In this document: positions 50,641 to 63,035 of the stretch, piece by piece
Numbering within the stretch: position 1 is the first letter of the stretch
Layout: every line of letters starts with the position of its first letter
Source: Pecten maximus
Taxonomy: Eukaryota
DNA length: 64,000 nucleotides
Direction of reading: 5' to 3'
Assembly: GCF_902652985.1 (NCBI RefSeq)
Contig: NC_047022.1
Coordinates: 30,595,465 to 30,659,464 of the forward strand
Notes under the pieces: generated by a model
Told to the model about the DNA's origin: nothing
The model's database searches: none
The model's input: the letters and a program-made list of their open reading frames with translations, nothing else
Program-made: the position numbers and the translations under genes

Positions 50641-52934
50641 GATTGCTGTACAGTAGAAATATCATGGATTAGAATTCCTTAGAGTTTTTCTGTGAACACA
50701 GTGAATCAGATATATTCACAGCTCGTTGTGTTGAACATACCTCTGTAACTGTACCTGGTAGCTATCATAACTATAATTATTAATGAACCAAGTTCATGTA
50801 ATTTGAAAAATCATTCAAGTTGATTCAAGGGTCTTTTTTTAAGGGATTTGGATCCATTAATATTCGGAATATTGTGATGTTGTAAAGTGTTTCAGGGTGT
50901 AAAGCAGAGTTAATGGCTGATGTTCCCAGTGTGAATGATCAAAAGTGTGTGTAGTAGGTAGTCCTCAGGAATATTAATATTTGAGTCTCTGATTTTTTTC
51001 TATACCAAAATATGTTTTTCATGTCTCTATATAATAATTCATGGATAATATGAAATTATGAGTTCACTCAAAATATAAGTGCTTGTTATTTATGCAATGA
51101 TGTCGTATCCATTGTTGTTTTTTGTCAACATTTCCTTACAATAATTGTTTCTACAGAACCACAATACCAAGGACCATGATATTGTTTGTTGTAGCATTTT
51201 CTAACTCCTTTAGATAATTATGCAAGAAAAAGAAGGAATAAATTGTAAGATTAAAATTGTAAACCTACTTACATATTACTAAGGAGGGGAGAGGAGCCAA
51301 CGTCAGATGGAAATCAGTGGGTCTTCTAAGTGTGGAAATTCGCGTTGAGTATGGATACCTTAAAAGGTATGCTGGACAGTTCAAGCAAATAGACTAATTA
51401 TAAACAAGGGAAAATAACCGCAACATACTCACGCTTAACCGATAAGTGGAGATTTTATTGGACTACTAGTTTCGACCCTATCGCAGGGTCTTCATCAGGA
51501 CAATTTTTTCATAAAAGTTTCCCAATATTCGATTGTTAAATATGATGTAATACTAATAGTAAATAAAGGGCAGATAATTGCCTTATGTTTATACCTTTAA
51601 CCAGTCTTTGAATGTAATTAAAATTAATTAACAGTGTTCATTTGTTTTTCCAATGGTTCATTCCTTCTCATCCGGACAGATAGTATGTGTACTTACATAT
51701 AAATTGTATGTATTAATTTTTTACATTGTCAAGTACAGTGTAATGAATTTATAAATTTGTTAAACTTTTCTCATATTTACAGTTATATTACTCTCTAAAG
51801 AGTTTGAAGTAGACAATTCAAACACTTTCATCAAATCAAGTGCCTTGCAATGAGTAAAGGTGTAGATTCATGACATAGGAGAAATGTTACCATTAATATG
51901 ACATGCATATTTTTATGAAGTCCAATTTGATCATATTATAGCAAACATTTTTTCCATAAGTGCTTCATGTTGCATCTCATTATTTAATTTGCTTCTCTAT
52001 AGTTTAATATTGGAAATATGAATGTAATGATCTAGGGCCTGTTCGTTTATGCGGACAAACTGGTTCGTCTGTTTTTAAATGTAATATTTCAAACATATAT
52101 CTTGACGGACCTGCAAATGTTAATACAGGCCTTGGGAGTCTTTGTCAAGGCTCGTCTGAAAACAATAAAAAATCAACAGGTCCGGTTTATTTCTTAAACA
52201 AACAACATCAGTCCAAGTGGTCTAACCGTTTGGACCGCAAAAACGAAAACGGCCCTAATGACAAAGTTCTTGATTACCTCCCCTGGAAACGTGAACTTGT
52301 TCACCTTGTTCTCACAGGAGGTTGTAGTTAACCTCTGTTTGAATGTGATTTGTATGTTAATGTTTTTCTCAAGTAAGATACTATAAAGGTAAGAATTGTA
52401 TAATTCAAATTATAATGCATACTGTTCAAAGGAATCCCCTACAAAATGTTGAGCATTATACATCTTGTATGCTTTCTTTTCACCCGGTGATTTCCTTGAT
52501 CAATACAAATGAATTCCAAAATTACGGGTTCTTTCTATTTAGAATTTTACACAACATATAAATATGTTTAATCAAATCAACAAGATTGATGTATTTGATT
52601 TCAAATACCCATAATGGTATTTCTTTATTATTGTATTTATTTACTAAAAGGTTTATTTTTATCAACTTGTCTGTGTTTTATCATGTTAATGGACTTTATG
52701 ATTATCAGCATATGTAAATTATGATAGTAATTTACAAATATTTATCCAAATAGAAACCACTTTAAATGTTTCAAATGAGGATCATTAAAATATTTATAGA
52801 ATTTTATTTAGTTTTCCCTTGCTTTTTTTTTTTTACAGAAATACATAATTCTTTAATCCTCAATAGCCTTCCTTGTGTCTAGAGAAACAAATACCTGGTT
52901 ATTATTGGAAGATAATATAGAATATATTTTTGTC

Positions 52935-54020
52935 TATAGATATACATGTTACGTACGAGAATCCTAAATCACTTTCCCTTATGTCTACAGAAATACATGT
53001 TACTGGAATCTTCCATCATCTTCCCTTATGTCTACAGAAATGCATGTTAATGGAATCCTCATTCAACTTCAATCATGTCTACAGAAATACACATGAGTGG
53101 AATCTTTTCAACCACCTCCCCTTATGTCTACAGAAATACACATTACTGGAATCTTCAATCCCCTTCCCTTGTGTCTACAGAAATACACATTACTGGAATC
53201 TTCAATCCCCTTCCCTTGTGTCTACAGAAATACACATTACTGGAATCTTCAATCCCCTTCCCTTGTGTCTACTGAAATACACATTACTGGAATCTTCAAT
53301 CGCCTTCCCTTGTGTCTACTGAAATACACATTACTGGAATCTTCAATCGCCTTCCCTTATGTCTACAGAAATACACATTACTGGAATCTTCAATCCCCTT
53401 CCCTTGTGTCTACTGAAATACACATTACTGGAATCTTCAATCCCCTTCCCTTGTGTCTACTGAAATACACATTACTGGAATCTTCAATCGCCTTTCCTTG
53501 TGTCTACAGAAATGCATGTTAATGGAATCCTCATTCAACTTCAATCATGTCTACAGAAATACACATGACTGGAATCTTTTCAACCACCTCCCCTTATGTC
53601 TACAGAAATACACATTACTGGAATCTTCAATCCCCTTCCCTTATGTCTACAGAAATACACATTACTGGAATCTTCAATCCCCTTCCCTTGTGTCTACAGA
53701 AATACATATTACTGGAATCTTCAATCCCCTTCCCTTGTGTCTACTGAAATACACATTACTGGAATCTTCAATCGCCTTCCCTTGTGTCTACAGAAATACA
53801 CATTACTGGAATCTTCAATCCCCTTCCCTTGTGTCTACAGAAATACACATTACTGGAATCTTCAATCGCCTTCCCTTGTGTCTACAGAAATACACATTAC
53901 TGGAATCTTCAATCCCCTTCCCTTGTGTCTACTGAAATACACATTACTGGAATCTTCAATCGCCTTCCCTTGTGTCTACAGAAATACACATTACTGGAAT
54001 CTTCAATCCCCTTCCCTAGG
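52935..54020. repeat. 47-bp minisatellite (ccttcccttgtgtctacagaaatacacattactggaatcttcaatcc), about 23 copies
   Basis: Visible periodicity. The ORFs at 52930-54126 are artefacts. Confidence 0.95.
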
Positions 54021-54900
54021 TGGAGGGCTAGTGATAAAGTGCCGGACACCTTGGCCTCTCTGGCAGCGCCCCCCCCCCCCCCAATTTCAAACAGATAACA
54101 AAAAGGCAGCCCAAATAAGGTGTTGAAAATATGAACAATTTTATAATAAAATAGTGTAGCGCGAAAATCCCCGGCGAACTCAACAACCGTGTCACAGTTC
54201 CGGAGTCACTCGGCAATGCCCTCAGTGGTAGCGTCGGGCACTCGCTACAATGTCCGAGTTTTGGATAATTTAGTATACGTGGGCTGTCGAGAACATCACA
54301 AAACAACACCGTCTCCCGGTTTCAGACTCTTGTATTCAGTATCGGCAACATGTACAACAGTTACACAGTTTGAGGTAAATCCCTCTCAAACATATCCAGC
54401 ACAATCCAACATAGCAACACCTAGGCACCTCGAATCCGAACTCCCTGAGCTCTCTCTCACTCTTCCTTATATACTCCAGTCTGTCGGGCAACGATTGCCC
54501 GATCGGGCAAACGTGTCCTGAACTGACCTTCTGACATAACTTGACCAAATCCTGTCGGAGCAGTCGGGCAAACTGCCGGAGCAGTCGGCAAACTGTCGGA
54601 GCAGGCGGTCCGTTGACCTAGATATGTGGATACACATACACGTAAACATTTAGATGGTAATTAGGGATGAGTATATGATGACCATAGGTAATATAGACAG
54701 AGGACCTATAAAGAACCCACAGAGTGATCTCCCGAAGCCATGGGGCAATAAATCTCAAACAGTGTCAAACGTAGACCAGTAGCCACGGATCAAGGTAATT
54801 AAAACGTTATCAGTGAATGACCGGTGTATTATGCTGCCTAAAATCTCACGGTCCGCATGTACATAATTAAGTCGGGCAATGTAGGGCAAATAGGGCACCC
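54020..54900. other. CpG/GC-rich island of about 0.9 kb with nested palindromes (TTGCCCGATCGGGCAA) and about 20-bp tandem GAGCAGTCGG(G)CAAACTG repeats, preceded by a C13 tract
   Basis: Its composition departs sharply from the flanking AT-rich satellite DNA. It contains no recognisable ORF. Confidence 0.6.
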
Positions 54901-55016
54901 CATCTAATTACTCATGGTCAACATAAACCTGAACTACTAAAACTACTAACACTAACATTTCTAACTAAATATAATAGAATAACGAAATATACTACACTAG
55001 ATAATTATGAATAACA

Positions 55017-55050
55017 CAACCTTCACACACACACACATGCACACACACAC
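55017..55050. repeat. (CA)n microsatellite
   Basis: cacacacacacatgcacacacacac. Confidence 0.9.
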
Positions 55051-55934
55051 TTGCAGATAATTATTATTAGAGATCACAGATTTTTTTATTAAGGCAGCTA
55101 GCACTGCCCTCACATTACATTGATTGGAAATATTAGTATCTTGACACGGGGTGTAATAAAAATGAAAGTTAAGCAAAGATTAAACAAAAAAAAATAAACA
55201 AACAAAAAATAACCACATGATACTATATCATATTATAGTCATATTTGATTAAAAAAAACACCTCTAAAATGAACAAATTCATGGCCATATACACAAAGGG
55301 GTATATATAGAACAAATCTGCAAAAAAGAAAATAAGCAAAAACAGGATACAATACAGTTTAATCCTGATGGCACTATTATGTGGTATGTAAAAGCTTAAT
55401 GTTGCATTTCTTTAAGGTAAAAATAAGAAATACCCATATCAGAGCCACTTGGCAACATCAAATCATCCTTTTAATACAACCTACCAGGGGAATGATTCTT
55501 TCATCTATCATTTTTACAATTCTTATTTATAACATTTGAAAAGGTATTACAAATTACCTCCAGTTGCATGGTCACACCAAGTTAACTTGTATTAAAATAT
55601 CATTTTTTTCCTGAACAAATCATCCCCAGAAGGAATGATAATCTTTCTGTTGTATATATATTTCAACCTAATTCCATTAACAAAATTATTTATTACTTTA
55701 AATGACATTTGCAAAGTTATTCCAAATCGCATTGATGTGAACATGCAACTCGACTCAATATGCAATAACTTTACATTTTCATCTGACTTGATTTTATTCC
55801 TAGATGACAGCATTTTCAGCCATAATCAAGTTCTTACTATCAAGGCATGACTATGTATATTTTTTCTCCAATCAACATTTGACATCTAACTCAGTCTGTA
55901 AACAAAATCTAACATTTTCAGGTGAAGTTGCCTA

Positions 55935-56296
55935 CTAGTAGGTGCTGACTGGCTTTTCATTCAGAGCACAGAAAAGGTACCAAGTAGCTGTGTGAAGGGA
56001 ATGCCCTAGTTCTAGTTGCCTGCAGAGCCGCTCATGTTCCCTGCGATTTTGTAGTAACCACTGATGTACGTCCTGCAGTTCCTTGTTATTTGTTCTCTGT
56101 CCCTGTGGCGTGTCCAACTTGACAGACATGACATCACCACTGAGTAAATTCCAGTTGGTCGATTCCAAACATGCAAACCCCTCTTTGTTCAACTTCATTT
56201 TCCCCCCGTTCTTCTGTTGGTAGATGACCTGTACTATCTTGAAGAAGGCAAGATAGGTGGCAATCATTTTCTCCCCTGATGATGCAGCTTGGTTCC
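55935..56296 (-). CDS. Gene X terminal exon (GNQAASSGEKMIATYLAFFKIVQVIYQQKNGG...WYLFCALNEKPVSTY*)
   Basis: Acceptor aatgttgtag|. Anchored to ORF 55935..56267. Stop TAG at 55937-55935. I could not assign a protein family from memory. Confidence 0.65.
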
Positions 56297-56614
56297 CTAC
56301 AACATTTTATTTTTTTCAAATCACTATCTATGAGACATCAATTACTATATCCACAACAAAAGTAGAATTATATCAAGAATAAAGGAAACAGACTGATTTC
56401 TGAGATTTGTTTTTACTGAATTGTCCCTGTAGCCATGTTCACACTATTGGGCAAGGCCCAAACATATTTAAACAAGCTTATTTATACAGGCTTATGTCAA
56501 TGGATATACTGCAAATCTTTCTATGGCTATGTGTGTCTACATATTATGCATACATACCTAAGGAATACAAGCCTTGCAGCTTCAGTAGGTTAGTGATTTT
56601 AATGTAGAAAACAC

Positions 56615-56657
56615 CTAGTGTTTTACACAGCTCTGGAGTCAGTTCCCAGTAACATCC
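56615..56657 (-). CDS. Gene X exon 4 (GCYWELTPELCKTL)
   Basis: Acceptor gtgttgtgcag|, donor CTAG|gtgttt. Phase 1 joins the terminal exon exactly. Confidence 0.6.
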
Positions 56658-57029
56658 CTGCACAACACAAAAATGAACACAATTACCCAACAAGATGATG
56701 AAAGTGAAGATTTCTAAGACTGAAAAGTTTTCTGCATTAAATATCTTTGAAGAAAATCCGAAAGCATAATGTCATTAGGTCACTGGACTGAAAAGATGAG
56801 ATAATAATTGTGAAACACAAATTAGTGGGATGCACTGTACCTCCCTGACAAGTGTGATAAACTATTTCTCAATGTATCTCACTGAGAAGCTTATCATGTT
56901 TATCTGCATTAAAGCTCTGTCCCACAAATATGTCCCTTTCTGTATCTTTGCAGAATCATCAATTTTATTAAGTGGTTCATAAATAAGCTCTCCTCAAGTT
57001 TTAATAATTTTTACACTAGGTTTACTTGA

Positions 57030-57790
57030 GGGTAAATATGGTACTAAAATTGTTCATTAGGGGAGGGGGATTATTTGAGGATAAATATGGTACTAAAATT
57101 GTTCATTAGGGGAGGGGGATTATTTGAGGGTAAATATGGTACTAAAATTGTTCATTAGGGGAGGGGGATTATTTGAGGGTAAATATGGTACTAAAATTGT
57201 TCATTAGGGGAGGGGGATTATTTGAGGGTAAATATGGTACTAAAATTGTTCATTAGGGGAGGGGGATCATTTGAGGGTAAATATGGTACTAAAATTGTTC
57301 ATTAGGGGAGGGGGATCATTTGAGGGTAAATATGGTACTAAAATTGTTCATTAGGGGAGGGGGATTATTTGAGGGTAAATATGGTACTAAAATTGTTCAT
57401 TAGGGGAGGGGGATCATTTGAGGGTAAATATGGTACTAAAATTGTTCATTAGGGGAGGGGGATTATTTGAGGGTAAATATGGTACTAAAATTGTTCATTA
57501 GGGGAGGGGGATTATTTAGGGTAAATATGGTACTAAAATTGTACATTAGAGGAAAGGGGTTATTTGAGGATAAATAGATACAAAAATTGTACATTTTGAA
57601 GAGTTTATTTAAGGATTAATAGGGTACAGAAATTGTACACTGGAAGGGGGGGGGGGGGGGGGGGTGTTATTCGAGGATAAATAGGGTACAAAAATTGTAC
57701 ACTAATGGAGGGGGGTAATTTGAGGATAAATAAGTACAAAAATAGTACACTTTGAAGTGTTTATTTGAGGATTGATAGGGTACACAAATT
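57030..57790. repeat. Minisatellite of about 50 bp (ggggagggggattatttgagggtaaatatggtactaaaattgttcatta), about 11 copies, plus divergent transition copies
   Basis: Same repeat family as the following 48-bp array but a distinct variant. Confidence 0.9.
57646..57663. repeat. Poly-G homopolymer (G18)
   Basis: Read directly from the sequence. Confidence 0.99.
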
Positions 57791-60405
57791 GTACTCAAGA
57801 GGAGGGGGAGTTATTTGAGGATAAATATGGAACTAAAATTGTACTCTAGAGGAGAGAGTTATTTGAGGATAAATATGGAACTAAACTTGTATTCTAGAGG
57901 AGGGGTTTATTTGAGGATAAATATGGAACTAAAATTGTATTCTAGAGGAGGGGTTTATTTGAGGATAAATATGGAACTAAAATTGTACTCTAGAGGAGGG
58001 GTTTATTTGAGGATAAATATGGAACTAAAATTGTACTCAAGAGGAGGGAGTTATTTGAGGATAAATATGGAACTAAAATTGTACTCAAGAGGAGGGGGAG
58101 TTATTTGAGGATAAATATGGAACTAAAATTGTACTCTAGAGGAGAGAGTTATTTGAGGATAAATATGGAACTAAACTTGTACTCAAGAGGAGGGGTTTAT
58201 TTGAGGATAAATATGGAACTAAAATTGTATTCTAGAGGAGGGGTTTATTTGAGGATAAATATGGAACTAAAATTGTATTCTAGAGGAGGGAGTTATTTGA
58301 GGATAAATATGGAACTAAAATTGTACTCAAGAGGAGGGGTTTATTTGAGGATAAATATGGAACTAAAATTGTACTCAAGAGGAGGGAGTTATTTGAGGAT
58401 AAATATGGAACTAAAATTGTATTCTAGAGGAGGGGTTTATTTGAGGATAAATATGGAACTAAAATTGTATTCTAGAGGAGGGGTTTATTTGAGGATAAAT
58501 ATGGAACTAAAATTGTACTCTAGAGGAGGGGTTTATTTGAGGATAAATATGGAACTAAAATTGTACTCAAGAGGAGGGAGTTATTTGAGGATAAATATGG
58601 AACTAAAATTGTACTCAAGAGGAGGGGGAGTTATTTGAGGATAAATATGGAACTAAAATTGTACTCTAGAGGAGAGAGTTATTTGAGGATAAATATGGAA
58701 CTAAACTTGTATTCTAGAGGAGGGGTTTATTTGAGGATAAATATGGAACTAAAATTGTATTCTAGAGGAGGGGTTTATTTGAGGATAAATATGGAACTAA
58801 AATTGTACTCTAGAGGAGGGGTTTATTTGAGGATAAATATGGAACTAAAATTGTACTCAAGAGGAGGGAGTTATTTGAGGATAAATATGGAACTAAAATT
58901 GTACTCAAGAGGAGGGGTTTATTTGAGGATAAATATGGAACTTAAATTGTACTCAAGAGGAGGGAGTTATTTGAGGATAAATATGGAACTAAAATTGTAT
59001 TCTAGAGGAGGGGTTTATTTGAGGATAAATATGGAACTAAAATTGTATTCTAGAGGAGGGGTTTATTTGAGGATAAATATGGAACTAAAATTGTACTCTA
59101 GAGGAGGGGTTTATTTGAGGATAAATATGGAACTAAAATTGTACTCAAGAGGAGGGAGTTATTTGAGGATAAATATGGAACTAAAATTGTACTCAAGAGG
59201 AGGGGTTTATTTGAGAATAAATATGGAACTAAAATTGTACTCAAGAGGAGGGGTTTATTTGAGGATAAATATGGAACTAAAATTGTACTCCAGAGGAGGG
59301 GTTTATTTGAGGATAAATATGGAACTAAAATTGTACTCAAGAGGAGGGGTTTATTTGAGAATAAATATGGAACTAAAATTGTATTCTAGAGGAGGGGGAG
59401 TTATTGGAGGATAAATATGGAACTAAAATTGTACTCAAGAGGAGGGGATTATTTGAGGATAAATATAGAACTAAAATTGTACTCTAGAGGAGGGGTTTAT
59501 TTGAGGATAAATATGGAACTAAAATTGTACTCTGGAGGAGGGGTTTATTTGAGGATAAATATGGAACTAAAATTGTACTCTAGAGGAGGGGATTATTTGA
59601 GGATAAATATGGAACTAAAATTGTACTCAAGAGGAGGGAGTTATTTGAGGATAAATATGGAACTAAAATTGTACTCAAGAAGAGGGAGTTATTTGAGGAT
59701 AAATATGGAACTAAAATTGTATTCTAGAGGAGGGGTTTATTTGAGGATAAATATGGAACTAAAATTGTACTCAAGAGGAGGGGTTTATTTGAGGATAAAT
59801 ATGGAACTAAAATTGTACTCAAGAGGAGGGGGAGTTATTTGAGGATAAATATGGAACTAAAATTGTACTCTAGAGGAGGGGATTATTTGAGGATAAATAT
59901 GGAACTAAAATTGTACTCTAGAGGAGGGGTTTATTTGAGGATAAATATGGAACTAAAATTGTACTCTAGAGGAAGGGGAGTTATTTTAGGATAAATATGG
60001 AACTAAAATTGTACTCTAGAGGAGGGGTTTATTTTAGGATAAATATGGAACTTAAATTGTACTCTAGAGGAGGGGTTTATTTGAGGATAAATATGGAACT
60101 AAAATTGTACTCTAGAGGAGGGGTTTATTTGAGGATAAATACGGAACTAAAGTTGTACACGTTTGGAGGGGATTATTTGAGGATAAAATACGGAGCTAAA
60201 ATTGTACACTATTGGAGTGGATTATTTGAGGATAAATATGGAACTAAAATTGTACTCTAGAGGAGGGGATTATTTGAGGATAAATATGGAACTAAAATTG
60301 TACTCTAGAGGAGGGGATTATTTGAGGATAAATATGGAACTAAAATTGTACACTATGGGAGGAGATTATTTGAAAGTAAATATGTTAGGTGTGATAAATT
60401 ATTTC
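57790..60405. repeat. 48-bp minisatellite (ggaggggtttatttgaggataaatatggaactaaaattgtactctaga), about 54 copies and 2.6 kb, in the gene X intron
   Basis: The 48-bp unit is a multiple of 3, which creates the long artefactual ORFs at 57815-60420. Confidence 0.95.
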
Positions 60406-60771
60406 TCACTGACCAGTTAGTTAGTTTTTAAATGTAATATTTTAAACGTATATCTTGATGGACCTGCAAATGTTGATACAGGCCTTTGGAGTCTTTGTCA
60501 AGGCTTGTCTGAAAACAATATAAAATCACCAGGTCCGCCTTTATTTCATTAACGAACAACAAAAACACGACCCAGACAAATCTGCTGTGATTGCATACAG
60601 GAGGTCTCACCAAAAATCCAGGTAATATATGTGCAAAAACAGTGAGCCCAACATGAAGATTCATTAAATGGTCTGATTGATTAGAGAGCGTTGTCTACAT
60701 GTTAAGGTTAACCGTTTTTACGCATATATTTGTCAATTTCTCTAACTGATAAGTGTGATAAACACATGTAC

Positions 60772-60859
60772 CTCACTGATGTGTTGGAGAACATCCTTAG
60801 TATTTAGATGATTGGAGATCTTGCGTACAATTCCTTTCCAGATGCCGCTATCCTCACCA
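60772..60859 (-). CDS. Gene X exon 3 (GEDSGIWKGIVRKISNHLNTKDVLQHISE)
   Basis: Acceptor tattttttcag|, donor AGTGAG|gtacat. Confidence 0.6.
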
Positions 60860-61326
60860 CTGAAAAAATAATTTTGTTTATCATTATTAAATGTGTAATA
60901 AATGAATACTGTAATTAGATGCTTCCATTAATTTACACACTTGTTACAACAAAATGCATTTAAATACTGGAACAGATACCCAGGTAACATGTTTTACACA
61001 ATACAAAGTTAACAATATAAGGTAGAAAAACAAAACAATGCAATATTTGCATATAATTATGCAGCACTATTACAGTATCAATATTATTTCATTTTCTTCT
61101 CATCATTTCTACTAAGTAAGTGTCAACAAAATAAATTATTATAATCTTCATTTCTCATACCCGTATTATTCTGTTAGAGCATTGCCCCCATTTCTAAAAT
61201 GATTCAATAAATACACTGTCATCATTACCCAGATATATCAGTTAAATAATTATATTGTCATTATTTCTCAGATATGTGAGTTTGATATATTTTTATACAT
61301 TCATCATTAAAAGCTCTTACACTTAC

Positions 61327-61357
61327 ATTTCTGGAGCTGAAGAAGTTCCTCCTTCAC
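61327..61357 (-). CDS. Gene X exon 2 (EGGTSSAPE)
   Basis: Acceptor ctgtttacag|, donor AAAT|gtaagt. Phases agree on both sides. Confidence 0.5.
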
Positions 61358-62187
61358 CTGTAAACAGATGAAAACATGCCATTTGGTAAATTATACACAA
61401 AACAGTGATAGTTGATGTGACCCATTTTATTTTAATGATCGATCCTTTAGGTTGTACTAAATTACATATGCTTCTGAAAATTTTAAGATGATTTTGTCAA
61501 CAACATCCAACTTGTCCGTTAAAATCAAATTAATCTGAAAGATTTTATACCTTCTCTAAAAAGAGTTGTTTGAAAGATGAATTAAAAAGATTTCAACAGA
61601 AAATAGGAAGATAACAGCATCCTTAACTTAGGGACAAGTGGGAGTCAAAAACTAGTGATCATTCAGTCTGGTACAAGGAGCTCCCATTACAGGCTAAGAT
61701 ACATCGATCTTTCCTCTTACACACTACCCAGAAGACTGAACAGGAATAATAAACAAGAGGCTGAACCGGCCTGAATCGCTCACCTGCTTCTAGAGCAACT
61801 TTGACTAGGTCATATCATCTGTAGATACTAACTAGTGTCAATCACCAATTTATTAAATTATCAGAGTAGGCTAGCTAGGTAAGTAAATTTTGTAAGCCTT
61901 TATTCCAGCATACTATTGGCCCATATATATCGGGTCTCGGGAGATTTTAACAAATTTGACCCTGTGACTGTGACTGTAGGTCAAGGTAATTCATTTGAAC
62001 AAACTTAGTAGCCCTTCACCAAAGAATGCTACATGCACAATAGTAAGTCCCTGAACCTCTTAGCTATTGAGAAGAAGTCATTTAAAGAGTTTAGCCATTT
62101 GACCCCTGTGACCCTGAATGTAAGTCAAGGTCATTCATTTGAACAAACTTGATAGCTATTAGAGAGGTTAAACAACCTTACATGTAC

Positions 62188-62251
62188 CTGTACTTGTGTA
62201 AACGGGGGATTCCCCTTTTCTTATGTGTATGACGTCATCATTTTCTGTCAT
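62188..62251 (-). CDS. Gene X (unidentified), exon 1 (MTENDDVIHIRKGESPVYTST)
   Basis: ATG at 62251-62249, overlapping the TGACGTCA palindrome. Donor ACAG|gtacat. Phase 1 joins exon 2. Confidence 0.5.
62230..62237. promoter_or_regulatory. CRE palindrome TGACGTCA in the divergent promoter region between gene X (minus) and the MSANTD4-like gene (plus). A GTAAGT donor at about 62301 marks a probable non-coding first exon of the plus-strand gene.
   Basis: ..gtgtaTGACGTCAtcatt.. The only ATGs upstream of the donor are terminated in frame. Confidence 0.4.
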
Positions 62252-62782
62252 CGAGCACCGTCTACACATTGGCAGTAACTAGTGAGGCAGACTTACAAGT
62301 AAGTACAAAATGTGTAGCTTTCTATGATATATTTATTTACTTCATCAATGAAAAGTTATCAGCACATGAATTTTAAGATATTTCTTCACCCTGTTCAATG
62401 GATTAAATACTGTAATTTTGGATTTTAATTTTGAAAACAAGCTGACAAAGTTGCATAGGTCATTTGGTTGCAATTCTGTACTACTCCGTTCAACAAAAAG
62501 ACATACAAACAACAATGTTGTTTTATTTTCTATTACCACAGTGTCAGTGTAGAACTGTTTATTTTCATTTCAAACTCGTCACAATGTCTTTGATATTTAG
62601 AGAGTTTAAATGTGACACAAATAGGTCTTTTTTACATACCACATTTCACGGTATTTCTTTGTTGTCTACACATAACTTATAGGCTCTAGATTATAATTAT
62701 ATTGTTAAATCGATTTTGTGTGGAATTTTGTTATGATCTGTATGATCGTTATTTTTGAATATATTTTAATTTGTGTATTCCC

Positions 62783-62805
62783 CCCCCCCCCCCCCCCCCC
62801 CCCAG
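62783..62805. repeat. Poly-C homopolymer (C23) that also serves as the polypyrimidine tract of the MSANTD4-like exon acceptor
   Basis: ..ccccccccccccccccccccccag|ATTATAGAC. Confidence 0.9.
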
Positions 62806-62955
62806 ATTATAGACAGTCGGAAAAAACAGGACAGATTCAGTGACCAGGACAACATGCTCCTACTGCATGAAGTCCTATCACGGAACCCATTTAAAAATAA
62901 GTCAAGATGGGGAGAAATTGTAGCTGTTCTTCCCCTTGATGTTGACATCCGCAGG
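62806..62955 (+). CDS. MSANTD4-like gene, Myb/SANT-like DNA-binding domain exon (IIDSRKKQDRFSDQDNMLLLHEVLSRNPFKNKSRWGEIVAVLPLDVDIRR)
   Basis: The acceptor is the C23 tract plus AG (cccccag|). Donor CGCAGG|gtttgg. Anchored to ORF 62773..63000. Resembles the MSANTD4 N-terminus '[27 protein letters not shown]...WEEIAQCV'. The start codon is unresolved (an internal ATG sits at 62854). Confidence 0.65.
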
Positions 62956-63035
62956 GTTTGGGAGCAAACCCATCTTCTTCTGTCTCAAATTAAGAAATAA
63001 GACCGAAGTTCAATAGCCAAGTATGTATTATTGTG

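Noticed and set aside
52930-54126. ORFs of 66-176 aa (MSTEIHITGIFNPLPLCLQKYTLLESS...)
   Set aside because: They are translations of the 47-bp minisatellite.
54189-54521. 110-aa ORF inside the CpG-rich island
   Set aside because: The ORF starts at a non-ATG codon on the track. It has no domain I can recognise, and in GC-rich sequence long ORFs arise by chance.
57815-60420. Long plus-strand ORFs (97-259 aa) of the form RINMELKLYSRGG...
   Set aside because: They are translations of the 48-bp minisatellite, whose unit length is a multiple of 3. The minus-strand ORF 59098-59340 is the same artefact.
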